Source: Paenirhodobacter sp.
GTDB taxonomy: Bacteria > Pseudomonadota > Alphaproteobacteria > Rhodobacterales > Rhodobacteraceae
DNA: 64,000 nucleotides
Direction: 5' to 3'
Assembly: GCF_041916475.1 (NCBI RefSeq)
Contig: NZ_JAYRZN010000011.1
Location: 26,053-90,052, forward strand
The notes under the pieces were generated by a model. The model was not told the origin of the DNA. It saw only the letters and a list, made by a program, of their open reading frames with translations, and ran no database searches. Positions 40,515-50,369 of the stretch are shown here, one piece after another; position 1 is the stretch's first letter; each line of letters opens with the position of its first letter. The translations under genes and the position numbers were made by a program.

Positions 40515-41768
40515 TCAGAGCCCGCGGCCACGGCTGATCGCTTCCTTGCCGAAGCGTGCGCGGATCCGGTCCATGGCGCGCTCGGCGCCGGCCCGGGCGC
40601 CCGCCTGCGGATCAAGCAGATCGCCCACCGGGTCGCGCCCGTCGGCCGCCGTCAGATCGGTATAGCCCGCCCCGATCAGCCGGAACGGCCCCTTTTCCGG
40701 CAGCGCCGCCAGCAGCCCCTGCGTCACCCGAAACAGCGTATCGGCCAGCTGCGAGGGCTCCTCCAGCCGCTGCTGCCGCGAGAGCGCCGAGAAATCCGCC
40801 CGGCGCAGCTTCAGCGTGGCGGTGCGGCCCTGCAGGCCCTTGGCTTTCATCCGGTCGGCGGCCTGTTCGCACAGCACCCACAGATGCCGCTCAAGGGCTG
40901 CGCGGTCGCTGATGTCGGTGTCGAAGGTGGTCTCCTTGGAGACCGATTTCAGCGGCGCATCGGGGGTGACGCGGCGGTGATCCTCGCCATGGGAGAGCTG
41001 CCACAGCCGCTCGCCCGAAGGCCCGAGCCGCTCCACCAGCCGCCGCAGCCCGGCGCGGCGCACATCGGCCAGCGTGCGCAGCCCGGCCCGGCCCAGCGTG
41101 GCCCGGGTGGCCTCGCCCACGCCCCACAGGATCGAGACCGGCTTGTCGCGCAGGAAATCTGCCGTCTCCGCCCGGCCGATCACCGAAAACCCGCGCGGCT
41201 TGTCCAGATCGGAGGCGATCTTGGCCAGGAACTTGTTGTGCGACAGGCCGATGGAGACGGTGACGCCGAGCTCCGCCTCGATCTCATGCGCCAGCCGCGC
41301 CATCTGCAGCGCGGGCGGCGCGTGGTGCAGCCGCTCGGTGCCGGTGAGATCGAGAAACGCTTCATCGAGCGAGAGCGGCTCGATCAGCGGCGTGAGCGCC
41401 GCCATCCGCTCCCGGATCGCGCGCGATACTTCGGCATAATGGGCGGTGCGCGGGCGGATCACCACCGCATCGGGGCAGAGCTTCAGCGCCTGGAACATCG
41501 GCATGGCCGAGCGCACGCCCGAGATCCGCGCGATATAGCAGCAGGTGGAGACCACCCCGCGCGTGCCGCCGCCCACGATCACCGGGCGGCTCGCAAGCTC
41601 CGGGTTGTCGCGCTTCTCCACCGAGGCATAGAAGCTGTCGCAATCCAGATGCGCGACGGAGAGCTGCATCAGTTCCGGATGCGCAACCATCCGCCCCCGG
41701 CCGCAGCGCGGGCAGCGCGCGGGGGCGGTGTCGAACAGGCTCAGGCAATCGCGGCACAGGGCGGGCAT
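40515..41768 (-). CDS. dinB: DNA polymerase IV with N-terminal CxxC-x8-CxxC
   Basis: HLDCDSFYASVE, YIAR..GVRSAM, SLDEAFLD, KIASD..KP.G. Confidence 0.95.
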   Translation of the reverse strand: MPALCRDCLSLFDTAPARCPRCGRGRMVAHPELMQLSVAHLDCDSFYASVEKRDNPELASRPVIVGGGTRGVVSTCCYIARISGVRSAMPMFQALKLCPDAVVIRPRTAHYAEVSRAIRERMAALTPLIEPLSLDEAFLDLTGTERLHHAPPALQMARLAHEIEAELGVTVSIGLSHNKFLAKIASDLDKPRGFSVIGRAETADFLRDKPVSILWGVGEATRATLGRAGLRTLADVRRAGLRRLVERLGPSGERLWQLSHGEDHRRVTPDAPLKSVSKETTFDTDISDRAALERHLWVLCEQAADRMKAKGLQGRTATLKLRRADFSALSRQQRLEEPSQLADTLFRVTQGLLAALPEKGPFRLIGAGYTDLTAADGRDPVGDLLDPQAGARAGAERAMDRIRARFGKEAISRGRGL

Positions 41769-41792
41769 GGCCGCAGTTTATCGCGCCCGGGC

Positions 41793-42185
41793 TCAGGCGG
41801 GAAGATCGACCGGACGCGGACGGCCCTCGGCATCGACGGCGATCATGGTGAAGCGCGCCTCGGTCACCTTTTCGCGCAGCGCGGTATAGGCGCGCCGGGC
41901 CCAGACCTCGATCCGGATCACCATCGAGGTGCGGCCGATCTGATCCACCGCAGTATAGACGCACAGCGTATCGCCGACCTTGACCGGCTTCTTGAACACG
42001 ATCTCGTTGGCGGCGATGGTCACGGTGCGGCCATTGCAGCGCTCATTGGCGCGGATCGCCGCGGCAAGGTCCATCTGCGACATCACCCAGCCGCCGAAAA
42101 TATCGCCGGCAGCATTGGTATCGGCGGGCATCGCCAGGGTGCGCAGGGTCAGTTCCATGCCCTCGGGGGTGTGCAGGTCGCTCAT
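41793..42185 (-). CDS. YciA-type hotdog acyl-CoA thioesterase
   Basis: MPADTNAAGDIFGGWVMSQMD, F.KPV.VGD. Confidence 0.92.
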   Translation of the reverse strand: MSDLHTPEGMELTLRTLAMPADTNAAGDIFGGWVMSQMDLAAAIRANERCNGRTVTIAANEIVFKKPVKVGDTLCVYTAVDQIGRTSMVIRIEVWARRAYTALREKVTEARFTMIAVDAEGRPRPVDLPA

Positions 42186-42298
42186 CTGATGTTCCTTTCT
42201 GCCTCCCGGCCGCAGATTTGGCATGCGGGGCACCGGCCTACAAGGCGCGCGGCCGGGAAGCCGCCTTGCATCGGCGTTGACGCGGGGCGGCAGATGGT

Positions 42299-42313
42299 GA
42301 ACATTGCGTGAAC
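42299..42313. promoter_or_regulatory. Alphaproteobacterial LexA (SOS) box overlapping the -10 of the tag promoter
   Basis: GAAC-ATTGCGT-GAAC (GAAC-N7-GAAC); promoter TTGACG(42277)-N17-AACATT(42300). Confidence 0.72.
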
Positions 42314-42340
42314 TTTTGTAGCCGCTGCATGGAGGAAGAC

Positions 42341-42937
42341 ATGGCCCTGTTCACCGGAGAGGATGGCCGCGCGCGCTGCGGCTGGTGCGCGGCGACGCCG
42401 GGCTATGTGCAGTATCACGACCATGAATGGGGCTTTCCCGTCACCGACGACATCCGCCTGTTCGAGAAGCTCTGCCTCGAGGGTTTCCAGTCCGGGCTGA
42501 GCTGGCGCACCATTCTGGAGAAGCGCGAGAATTTCCGCGCGGCCTTTGCGGGCTTCGATTTCCGGAAGGTGGCGGAGTTCGGGCCCGAGGACGTGGAGCG
42601 GCTCCTGCAGGACAAGGGCATCGTGCGCCACCGCGGCAAGATCGAGGCGACGATCAACAATGCCCGGCGCGCCTGCGAGATGGTCGCCGAGGAGGGCTCG
42701 CTCGCGGCTTTCCTGTGGCGCTATGAGGAGACGGAACCGGGCGGCGTGGTGCGCCCGACATCGCCGCTTTCGGAGGCGCTCTCGAAGGAGCTGCGCAAGC
42801 GCGGCTGGAAATTCGTGGGGCCGACGACGGTCTATGCCTTCATGCAGGCGATGGGGCTGGTGAACGACCATGCCGAGGGCTGCGCCGTCCGCGCGGAGGT
42901 TGCGGCGCGCCGGGCGGCGGCGGCCGTGCCGAAATAG
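42341..42937 (+). CDS. tag: DNA-3-methyladenine glycosylase I
   Basis: RCGW, YHD.EWG, LEGFQSGLSW, FVGPTT.YAFMQA.G..NDH..C. Confidence 0.95.
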   Translation: MALFTGEDGRARCGWCAATPGYVQYHDHEWGFPVTDDIRLFEKLCLEGFQSGLSWRTILEKRENFRAAFAGFDFRKVAEFGPEDVERLLQDKGIVRHRGKIEATINNARRACEMVAEEGSLAAFLWRYEETEPGGVVRPTSPLSEALSKELRKRGWKFVGPTTVYAFMQAMGLVNDHAEGCAVRAEVAARRAAAAVPK

Positions 42938-42968
42938 CGAAAGGGGCGGGTTTCCCCGCCCCTGCGTA

Positions 42969-45581
42969 TCATTGCAGCACCGCATCCTCGGGCCGGGCCT
43001 GCGCCGTGGGCGCCACGCGCCCGCCGACGATGAGCCCCTCCGGCCCGGCCGAAACCGCGACCGTGGCGCCATCCAGTACCTCGCCCGAGAGGATCAGCTC
43101 CGCCAGCGGGTCCTGCAGCGTGCGCTGGATCACCCGCTTCAGCGGCCGCGCGCCATAGACCGGATCGTAGCCTTCATCGGCGAGCCACATCAGCGCCGCC
43201 GGATCCAGCTCCAGCGCGATCTTGCGCGCCGCGAGGCGTTTCTCCAGCCGGCGCAGCTGGATCTCGACGATGCCGTCCATGTTCTTGCGCGTCAGCCGGT
43301 CGAAGATCACCATCTCGTCGAGGCGGTTCAGGAATTCGGGGCGGAAATGCGCCCGCACCGCCTGCATCACCTCGGCCTTGGCCACCGCGCTGTCGTTGCC
43401 CTCGGGCAGCTGGCTCAGCGCCTGGCTGCCGAGGTTCGAGGTCAGGATGATCAGCGTCTGCTTGAAGTCCACGGTGCGGCCCTGGCCATCGGTCAGCTGG
43501 CCGTCATCGAGCACCTGCAACAGCACGTTGAACACATCGGGATGCGCCTTCTCCACCTCGTCGAACAGCACGACCTGATAAGGCCTGCGCCGCACGGCCT
43601 CGGTCAAAACCCCGCCCTCATCATAGCCGACATAGCCGGGCGGGGCGCCGATCAGCCGGGCCACGGAGTGTTTCTCCATGAATTCCGACATGTCGATGCG
43701 CACCATCGCGGTATCGTCGTCGAACAGGTATTCGGCCACGGCCTTGGTCAACTCGGTCTTGCCGACGCCGGTCGGGCCAAGGAACAGGAAGCTGCCCAGC
43801 GGCCGGTTCTCGTCGTTCAGGCCCGCGCGCGCGCGGCGCACGGCATTGGCCACCGCGGTGATCGCCGCATCCTGGCCGATGACCCGCTTGTGCAGCTCCT
43901 CTTCCATCTTCAGCAGCTTCTCGCGCTCGCCCTCCAGCATCTTGGAGGTGGGAATGCCGGTCCAGCGCTCCACCACTTCGGCGATCTGCTCGGGGCGCAC
44001 CGCTTCCGAGACCATCGCGCCCTCGGACTGGTCTGCCTCGGCCAGATGCTTCTCCAGCTCCGGGATCCGGCCGTATTGCAGCTCGCCCGCCTTGGCGAAA
44101 TTGCCCTCGCGCTTGGCCTGATCGAGCTCGGCGCGGGCCTTCTCCAGATCCGCCTTCAGGTCGCGGGTGGATTCGAGCTTGTCGCGCTCGGCCTGCCATT
44201 TCGCCGTCATCGTGGCGGAGCGCTCCTGCAGCTCCGACAGCTCACGCTCCAGCGTTTCCAGCCGGTCGCGGGAGGCGGCATCGTCCTCCTTGCGCAGCGC
44301 CTCGGCCTCGATCTGCTTTTGCAGGATCTCGCGATCCAGCGCATCGAGCTCCTCGGGCTTGCTGTCCACTTCCATGCGCAGGCGGCTCGCGGCCTCGTCC
44401 ACGAGGTCGATCGCCTTGTCGGGCAGGAATCGGTCGGTGATGTAGCGGTGGCTGAGCGTCGCCGCGGCCACGAGAGCGCTGTCGGAAATCTTTACCCCGT
44501 GATGGAGCTCGTATTTCTCCTTGATGCCGCGCAGGATGGAGATCGTGTCCTCCACCGTGGGCTCGTTCACGAACACCGGCTGGAACCGGCGGGCCAGGGC
44601 CGCATCCTTCTCCACATATTTGCGGTATTCATCGAGCGTGGTTGCGCCCACGCAGTGCAGCTCGCCCCGCGCCAGCGCCGGCTTGATCAGGTTCGCGGCA
44701 TCCATCGCGCCATCGGTCTTGCCCGCGCCCACCAGGGTGTGGATCTCGTCGATGAACAGGATGATCTCGCCGGTCGCGGCCTCGATCTCCTTCAGGATCG
44801 CCTTCAGCCGCTCCTCGAATTCGCCGCGGTATTTCGCGCCTGCGATCAGCGAACCCATATCCAGCGCCATCAGCTTCTTGTTGCGCAGGCTTTCGGGCAC
44901 GTCGCCGTTCACGATGCGCAGCGCGAGGCCCTCCGCGATCGCGGTCTTGCCCACGCCCGGCTCGCCGATCAGGATCGGGTTGTTTTTCGTGCGCCGGCTC
45001 AGCACCTGCATCGCGCGGCGGATTTCCTCGTCGCGCCCGATGATCGGGTCGATCTTGCCCTGTTCGGCAGCCTCGGTCAGGTCGCGGGCATATTTCTTCA
45101 GCGCGTCATAGCCTTCTTCGGCCGAGGCACTGTCGGCGGTGCGGCCTTTGCGCAGGTCGTTGATCGCGGCGTTCAGCTTCTGCGCCGTCACCGCGCCCGC
45201 ATCGAGCGCATCTTTTGCCCGGGTATTGACCATGGCCAGCGCCATCAGGATCCGTTCCACCGGAACGAAGCTGTCGCCCGCCTTCTGGGCGATCTTCTCG
45301 GCCTCGTCCAGCACGCGCACCAGCGATTGCTCGACATAGACCTGCCCATCGCCGCCCGAAACCTTCGGCAGCTTCGAGACTGTCAGATCGACCGCCTCCT
45401 GCACCCGCTGCGGCTCGCCGCCCGCGCGGCGGATCAGGTTCGAGGACAGGCCCTGATCGTCATCCATCAATGCTTTCAGCAGATGTTCGGGAACGACGCG
45501 CTGATGGCCTTCGCGCATCGCGATGGTCTGGGCGGCCTGAATGAAGCCGCGCGACCGCTCCGTGAACTTTTCCATGTTCAT
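42969..45581 (-). CDS. clpB: ATP-dependent disaggregase ClpB
   Basis: Two AAA+ modules ([16 protein letters not shown]), middle coiled coil, [11 protein letters not shown]. Confidence 0.98.
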   Translation of the reverse strand: MNMEKFTERSRGFIQAAQTIAMREGHQRVVPEHLLKALMDDDQGLSSNLIRRAGGEPQRVQEAVDLTVSKLPKVSGGDGQVYVEQSLVRVLDEAEKIAQKAGDSFVPVERILMALAMVNTRAKDALDAGAVTAQKLNAAINDLRKGRTADSASAEEGYDALKKYARDLTEAAEQGKIDPIIGRDEEIRRAMQVLSRRTKNNPILIGEPGVGKTAIAEGLALRIVNGDVPESLRNKKLMALDMGSLIAGAKYRGEFEERLKAILKEIEAATGEIILFIDEIHTLVGAGKTDGAMDAANLIKPALARGELHCVGATTLDEYRKYVEKDAALARRFQPVFVNEPTVEDTISILRGIKEKYELHHGVKISDSALVAAATLSHRYITDRFLPDKAIDLVDEAASRLRMEVDSKPEELDALDREILQKQIEAEALRKEDDAASRDRLETLERELSELQERSATMTAKWQAERDKLESTRDLKADLEKARAELDQAKREGNFAKAGELQYGRIPELEKHLAEADQSEGAMVSEAVRPEQIAEVVERWTGIPTSKMLEGEREKLLKMEEELHKRVIGQDAAITAVANAVRRARAGLNDENRPLGSFLFLGPTGVGKTELTKAVAEYLFDDDTAMVRIDMSEFMEKHSVARLIGAPPGYVGYDEGGVLTEAVRRRPYQVVLFDEVEKAHPDVFNVLLQVLDDGQLTDGQGRTVDFKQTLIILTSNLGSQALSQLPEGNDSAVAKAEVMQAVRAHFRPEFLNRLDEMVIFDRLTRKNMDGIVEIQLRRLEKRLAARKIALELDPAALMWLADEGYDPVYGARPLKRVIQRTLQDPLAELILSGEVLDGATVAVSAGPEGLIVGGRVAPTAQARPEDAVLQ

Positions 45582-45660
45582 GCGGAAATCTCCTTTTCTG
45601 AAGCCCCCGGGGGAAATAGGCGCCCGCATCGGCGGCGCGCCCGGAACCGGGTCTTGAGCC

Positions 45661-45691
45661 AGAATTGGTCCCCCCGGCGCGAGGCTTCAAG
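45661..45691 (-). promoter_or_regulatory. Probable RpoH (heat-shock) promoter of clpB
   Basis: CTTGAA-N17-CAATTCT on the minus strand. Confidence 0.5.
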
Positions 45692-45806
45692 GGGGCGCCC
45701 GGCCCGCTGCGGAAAAAATATGCGCCGCGCGCGGAGGGTCGGCTTTTCCTTGACCGGGCCGGGCAACGGGGGCAAAAGACGGCCGTTTATCAACCCGGAG
45801 CCCGCC

Positions 45807-46510
45807 ATGACCCTGCCTGCAGACCACCGCCTGATCGTAGCCCTCGATGTGCCGAATGCGCTGGCGGGGCTGGAGCTTGCCCGGCAGCTCGGGGACAGCG
45901 TCTCCTTCTACAAGATCGGGCTCGGCATGCTCACGGGCGGCGGGCTCGCGCTCGCGCATGAGCTGAAGGCCGATATGGGCAAGAAGATCTTCCTCGACAT
46001 GAAGTTCTTCGACATCGGCGCCACGGTGGAGGCCGCGGTGCGCGGCATCGCGCGCTACGATCTGGATTTCCTGACCGTGCATGGCGACCCCTATGTGGTG
46101 CAGGCGGCAAAGGCTGGCGCGGCGGGATCGGGGCTGAAGATCCTCGCGGTGACGATCCTGACCTCGCTCGACCGGGCCGGTCTCGATGGCGCGCTGCTGC
46201 GGGCGGGGGATGTGAAGGATCTGGTGGTGGAGCGCGCGGCGCGGGCATTCGAGGCGGGGGCGGATGGCGTCATCGCGAGCCCGCGCGAGGCCGCCGCCAT
46301 CCGCGCGCTGCCGCAGGCGGCGGGGCGGCTGATCGTGACGCCCGGGTGCGGCCCGCAGGCGCGGAGCTTGGCGATCAGAAGCGGGTGGAGACCCCGGCCG
46401 CGGCGCTGCGCGCGGGGGCGGATCATCTGGTCGTCGGGCGCCCGATCTGGAAGGCCGCGGATCCGGCAGCGGCGGCGCAGGCGATCCTGAGCGAGATCCG
46501 CGGGATCTGA
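45807..46510 (+). pseudogene. pyrF: Orotidine-5'-phosphate decarboxylase with a 1-nt frameshift (real mutation or sequencing error)
   Basis: [23 protein letters not shown] in one frame; after TPG the conserved VRP..DQKRV.TP..A...GAD..VVGRPI continues in a shifted frame; one extra G in the run at 46344-46346 restores 234 aa. Confidence 0.9.
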
Positions 46511-46616
46511 GCTGCGCCAGCACCGCCGCGCAAATCTGAGCGCGCGCTGCGGCCTCTGCGGCCGCAGGCGGGTGGAGTGGCTTTCCGTGCGATGCGGGCA
46601 GCCGCCGCGCCCGGGG

Positions 46617-46883
46617 TCAGTTGTCGTTGATGTCGCGGTGCCAGACCTTGCGCTGGCCGCGCCGCACGCCCGCGATCCGGCGCAGCGCCAGCCAGGCCAG
46701 CACCGAAAGCGCCGCCAGCGCGCAGAGCATCGCGGGAAGGCTCGTGAGCAGCCCGGCCCAGATCAGCGCGCCGGTGGCCACCGCGCCCACCGCAAAGCCC
46801 AGCAGGTAGAACCCGGGCAGCAGCATTTCGGCCAGCGCGAGGCCCAGGCCCAGCACCATCCAGAGCCAGGGTTCGCGCCACAT
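46617..46883 (-). CDS. NfeD-family membrane protein (short, no OB domain)
   Basis: W..LGLGL.LAEM..PG.YLLGFA; coupled to an SPFH gene. Confidence 0.78.
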   Translation of the reverse strand: MWREPWLWMVLGLGLALAEMLLPGFYLLGFAVGAVATGALIWAGLLTSLPAMLCALAALSVLAWLALRRIAGVRRGQRKVWHRDINDN

Positions 46884-47764
46884 CAGGCCTTCCCCCGGAA
46901 CTGCGCAAAGGCGTCCTTGAAGGCATCGAGGGCGGCTGCGGGCAGCAGCACCACCTGTTTGCCCGGCCCCTTGCCCACCTCGGTGAGCGCCTCCACCTGC
47001 TTCAGCGCGACCTGGTATTGCACCGCTTCCAGCCCGTTCTTCGCGATCGCCGTGGCGATGACCTCGGTCGCATAGGCCTCGGCCTCGGCGGTGATGCGCT
47101 TGGCCTTCGCCTGCTGCTCGGCGGCATAGAGATCGGCGTCGGCCGCGAGCTCCACCGCGCGGCGGCGGCCCTCGGCCTCGGTCACCTGTGCGCGCCGGGC
47201 GCGCTCCGCATTCAGCTGCTGCAGCATCGCCGCGCGGGTGGCCTCGTCGAGGTTCACATCGAGAATCTCCACCCGGGTCACCTCGATGCCCCAGTCATCG
47301 ACCATATCGGCGAGGTTGCCCTGAATGGTGCCGATCAGGCTGGCGCGATTGGATTGCACCGCATCGAGCTCCATCCGGCCGATTTCGGCGCGCACGATGC
47401 CGGCCACGGTGGTGGCGATGGCGCCGTCCACATCGCGGATGCGGTACACCGTCTTCTCCGGCTCGATGATCCGATAGAAGACCGAGGTCTCCACCTGCAC
47501 CAGCACGTTGTCGGCGGTGATCGCGTCCTGCCGGGTGGCGGGCAACATCCGCTCCAGCACGGAGATCCGGTGCGCGACGCGGTCCAGGAGCGGCACGATG
47601 AAGTTGATGCCCGGCCCCAGCACCGCATGCAGCCGCCCGAAACGCTCGACCACATGCTTTTCGGATTGCGGCACGATCCGCACGCCCAGGAAGACCGCGA
47701 CGATCAGCAGCGCGGCGATGGCGATCAGGACGGCATTTTCGCCGATCAGGGTTTCGAAGTTCAT
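46883..47764 (-). CDS. SPFH/stomatin-like protein (QmcA-like)
   Basis: VERFGR...LGPG..FIVP..DR, QDAITADN, WGIEVTRVEI. Confidence 0.93.
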   Translation of the reverse strand: MNFETLIGENAVLIAIAALLIVAVFLGVRIVPQSEKHVVERFGRLHAVLGPGINFIVPLLDRVAHRISVLERMLPATRQDAITADNVLVQVETSVFYRIIEPEKTVYRIRDVDGAIATTVAGIVRAEIGRMELDAVQSNRASLIGTIQGNLADMVDDWGIEVTRVEILDVNLDEATRAAMLQQLNAERARRAQVTEAEGRRRAVELAADADLYAAEQQAKAKRITAEAEAYATEVIATAIAKNGLEAVQYQVALKQVEALTEVGKGPGKQVVLLPAAALDAFKDAFAQFRGKA

Positions 47765-47816
47765 GGTGCCTCCCGGGGTTCGCGCGATGATAGGCGGGCG
47801 GGGGGCCGCAGGGCAA

Positions 47817-47963
47817 TCACTTCGCGGGCAGGAGCTTCACCGCCACCAGCACCGCCACGGCCACCACCGCCCAGCCCCCGGGGCGGGTAAAGAGCCACAG
47901 CGCCAGAGCCATGGCCCAGAGCGCGAGCCGCGAGCCCATACCGCCCAGAAGCGCCCAGATCAT
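47817..47963 (-). CDS. Unlisted 48-aa hydrophobic small membrane protein
   Basis: MIWALLGGMGSRLALWAMALALWLFTRPGGWAVVAVAVLVAVKLLPAK; ATGA overlap with the upstream stop; strong G/C third-position bias. Confidence 0.65.
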   Translation of the reverse strand: MIWALLGGMGSRLALWAMALALWLFTRPGGWAVVAVAVLVAVKLLPAK

Positions 47964-48199
47964 CGGCGCGGCCCATACATGCGCCACAGCCAGATCAGCA
48001 CCATCGCGCCGAGCACGGCACCGACGAAGCCCGCGGCCCAGCCGGTCAGCACGATCAGGAAGCGCAGCACCAGCCCGCTGATCAGGGCGCCGATCACGCC
48101 GATGGCGATGGTGGTGGGGATATCGGTGTTCAGCCGCATCAGCCGCGTGGCGATGAAGCCCGCGGCGGCGCCGACGACGATCAGGGCGAGAATGGGCAT
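47960..48199 (-). CDS. GlsB/YeaQ/YmgE family stress-response membrane protein
   Basis: VGAAAGFIA..LM, I.IGVIGA..G, GAVLGA.VL. Confidence 0.82.
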   Translation of the reverse strand: MPILALIVVGAAAGFIATRLMRLNTDIPTTIAIGVIGALISGLVLRFLIVLTGWAAGFVGAVLGAMVLIWLWRMYGPRR

Positions 48200-48260
48200 G
48201 GCCGGCCTCCGTAGGGGTACAGGGTGCGATATGGGGCCCAAGGGCGCGCGGCGGAAGGGC

Positions 48261-49154
48261 TCAGAGCTGGGCGGGCAGGGTCAGGCCACGCAGCACTTCG
48301 GCGGCGGGCATCGGGCGCTTGCCCTCGCGCTGCGCCTCGAGGATCTGCACCGCGCCGGTGCCGCAGGCGATGGTAAAGCCGCCCAGCACCTGGCCGGGGG
48401 CGCCGGTGCCGGAGGTGAGCTCTGCGCGCAAAAGCTTCACCCGTTCGCCCGCGACCGATGTCCAGGCGCCGGGGAAGGGCGAGAGGCCATTGATCCGGCG
48501 CAGGACCTCCAGCGCCGGGCGCGCCCAGTCGATCTCCGCCTCGGCCTTGTCGATCTTGCTGGCATAGGTGACACCCGCCTCCGGCTGCGGCACCGGCGGC
48601 AGGCCCGACAGATGCGCGAGCGCCTCGACGATCATCCGTGCGCCCATCTCGCTCAACCGGTCGTGCAGGGCGCCGGTGGTCTCGGTGGCGCCGATCGGCG
48701 TGGCGGCGCGCAGCAGCACCGGCCCGGTATCGAGCCCCGCTTCCATCTGCATGATGCAGATGCCGGTCTCTGCATCGCCCGCCATGATTGCCCGGTGGAT
48801 GGGCGCGGCCCCGCGCCAGCGCGGCAGCAGCGAGGCATGAATGTTCAGGCAGCCAAGGCGCGGCGCATCGAGCACCGCCTGCGGCAGGATCAGCCCATAG
48901 GCCACCACCACCGCCACATCGGCCTGCAGCGCCGCGAATTCGGCGCGCGCCTCATCAGAGCGGAAATTGAGCGGCGTGCGCACCGGCAGGCCCAGCTCCG
49001 CCGCGCGGGCATGGACGGGGGAGGGCCGCTCCTTCTTGCCGCGGCCCGCGGGGCGGGGCGGCTGCGAATAGACGGCCACCACCTCATGGGATGCGGCCAG
49101 AGCCTCCAGCACCGGGACGGAAAACTCGGGCGTACCCATGAAAACGATGCGCAT
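48261..49154 (-). CDS. fmt: Methionyl-tRNA formyltransferase
   Basis: [33 protein letters not shown]. Confidence 0.97.
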   Translation of the reverse strand: MRIVFMGTPEFSVPVLEALAASHEVVAVYSQPPRPAGRGKKERPSPVHARAAELGLPVRTPLNFRSDEARAEFAALQADVAVVVAYGLILPQAVLDAPRLGCLNIHASLLPRWRGAAPIHRAIMAGDAETGICIMQMEAGLDTGPVLLRAATPIGATETTGALHDRLSEMGARMIVEALAHLSGLPPVPQPEAGVTYASKIDKAEAEIDWARPALEVLRRINGLSPFPGAWTSVAGERVKLLRAELTSGTGAPGQVLGGFTIACGTGAVQILEAQREGKRPMPAAEVLRGLTLPAQL

Positions 49155-49156
49155 CT

Positions 49157-49654
49157 CTACCTCTGCAGCTTCTTTGCCTTCTGCACCAGCATCTTGCGGC
49201 GCAGCGGCGAGAGATGATCGAGGTAGGTCCGGCCGTTCAGATGGTCGATCTGATGCTGCACGGAGGTGGCCCAAAGGCCGACGAAATCGCGGTCCTCGAT
49301 CTCGCCCTGGTCATTGAGGAAGCGCACCGTCACCGCGCGGGGGCGCTCGATGATCGCGGAAATGCCCGGGATATTGGGCGAGGCCTCGTCGTGGCTGCGC
49401 ATCTGCACCGAGGCGTGCAGGATCTCCGGATTGGCCATCCGCACCGCCTGGCCGCGCTTGTCGGAGGCATCCACCACCGCGAGGCGCAGCATGATCCCGA
49501 TCTGCGGCGCGGCCAGGCCTACGCCCGGCATCGCATCCATGGTCTCGATCATGTCGTCCCAGATCATCCGCACGGTTTCGGTGATGGCCGGAACCGGCTC
49601 CGCCGGGCTGTGCAGGCGGCGATCGTCATAGGGGATGTAGGGGCGCACGGCCAT
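49157..49654 (-). CDS. Peptide deformylase-like protein with degenerate active site
   Basis: [10 protein letters not shown] intact; EGCLS replaced by EASPN; HExDH replaced by HQIDH. Confidence 0.85.
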   Translation of the reverse strand: MAVRPYIPYDDRRLHSPAEPVPAITETVRMIWDDMIETMDAMPGVGLAAPQIGIMLRLAVVDASDKRGQAVRMANPEILHASVQMRSHDEASPNIPGISAIIERPRAVTVRFLNDQGEIEDRDFVGLWATSVQHQIDHLNGRTYLDHLSPLRRKMLVQKAKKLQR

Positions 49655-50196
49655 CAGGCGATGCCCTGTTCCCGGGCCGCCCGCGCGCGTTCGCGCTTCA
49701 GCTTTTCCATCTTGCGGGTGATCATCTGCCGCTTCAGCGGCCCGAGATAGTCGATGAACAACTTGCCATCGAGGTGGTCGTTCTCGTGCTGGGCGCAGGT
49801 GGCCCAGAGGCCGTCGAACTGCTCCTCATGGAGCTGCCCGTCGAGCCCGAGCCAGCGCATCCGCACCTCCGCGGGGCGGGTCACCTCGGCATATTGCTCC
49901 GGGATCGAGAGGCAGCCTTCCTCGTAGACATTGGTCTCCTCGGAGGTCCAGGTGATCTCGGGGTTGATCAGCACCATCGGCTGCGGCGCGGCGGATTTGT
50001 CTTTCACGCAATCCATCACGAAAACCCGCTTCAGCACGCCCACCTGCGGTGCGGCGAGCCCCACTCCCGGCGCATCATACATGGTGGCCAGCATGTCGTC
50101 GGCCAGTTTGCGGGTCTCGTCGTCGACCGTGTCCACGGGGGCACAGAGCTTCTTGAGCCTCGGGTCGGGATGGATGATGATGGGGCGAATGGTCAT
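49654..50196 (-). CDS. def: Peptide deformylase
   Basis: [24 protein letters not shown]. Confidence 0.97.
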   Translation of the reverse strand: MTIRPIIIHPDPRLKKLCAPVDTVDDETRKLADDMLATMYDAPGVGLAAPQVGVLKRVFVMDCVKDKSAAPQPMVLINPEITWTSEETNVYEEGCLSIPEQYAEVTRPAEVRMRWLGLDGQLHEEQFDGLWATCAQHENDHLDGKLFIDYLGPLKRQMITRKMEKLKRERARAAREQGIA

Positions 50197-50369
50197 GGTC
50201 GAGATTTAGGCGATGACTGCCTGCGGTGCAATGGCGGCGTGCTTTGATGCGTTCGTTCTTGCTTTTGTTTTAAATCAGGTAATTTGTTCCATATTGTACG
50301 CCTTCATTGGGATCCCTTCCCGGTGTATGCGTCTCGTGTGGAACAGGATGCCCGAAGGAGCTGTGTGCG

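Noticed and set aside
42870-46490. 1206-aa plus-strand ORF
   Set aside because: Antisense shadow of clpB running into the frameshifted pyrF; not one protein.
50286-50299. GTTC-N6-GTAC in the AT-rich def/malY gap as an SOS box
   Set aside because: Spacing is 6 rather than the required 7.
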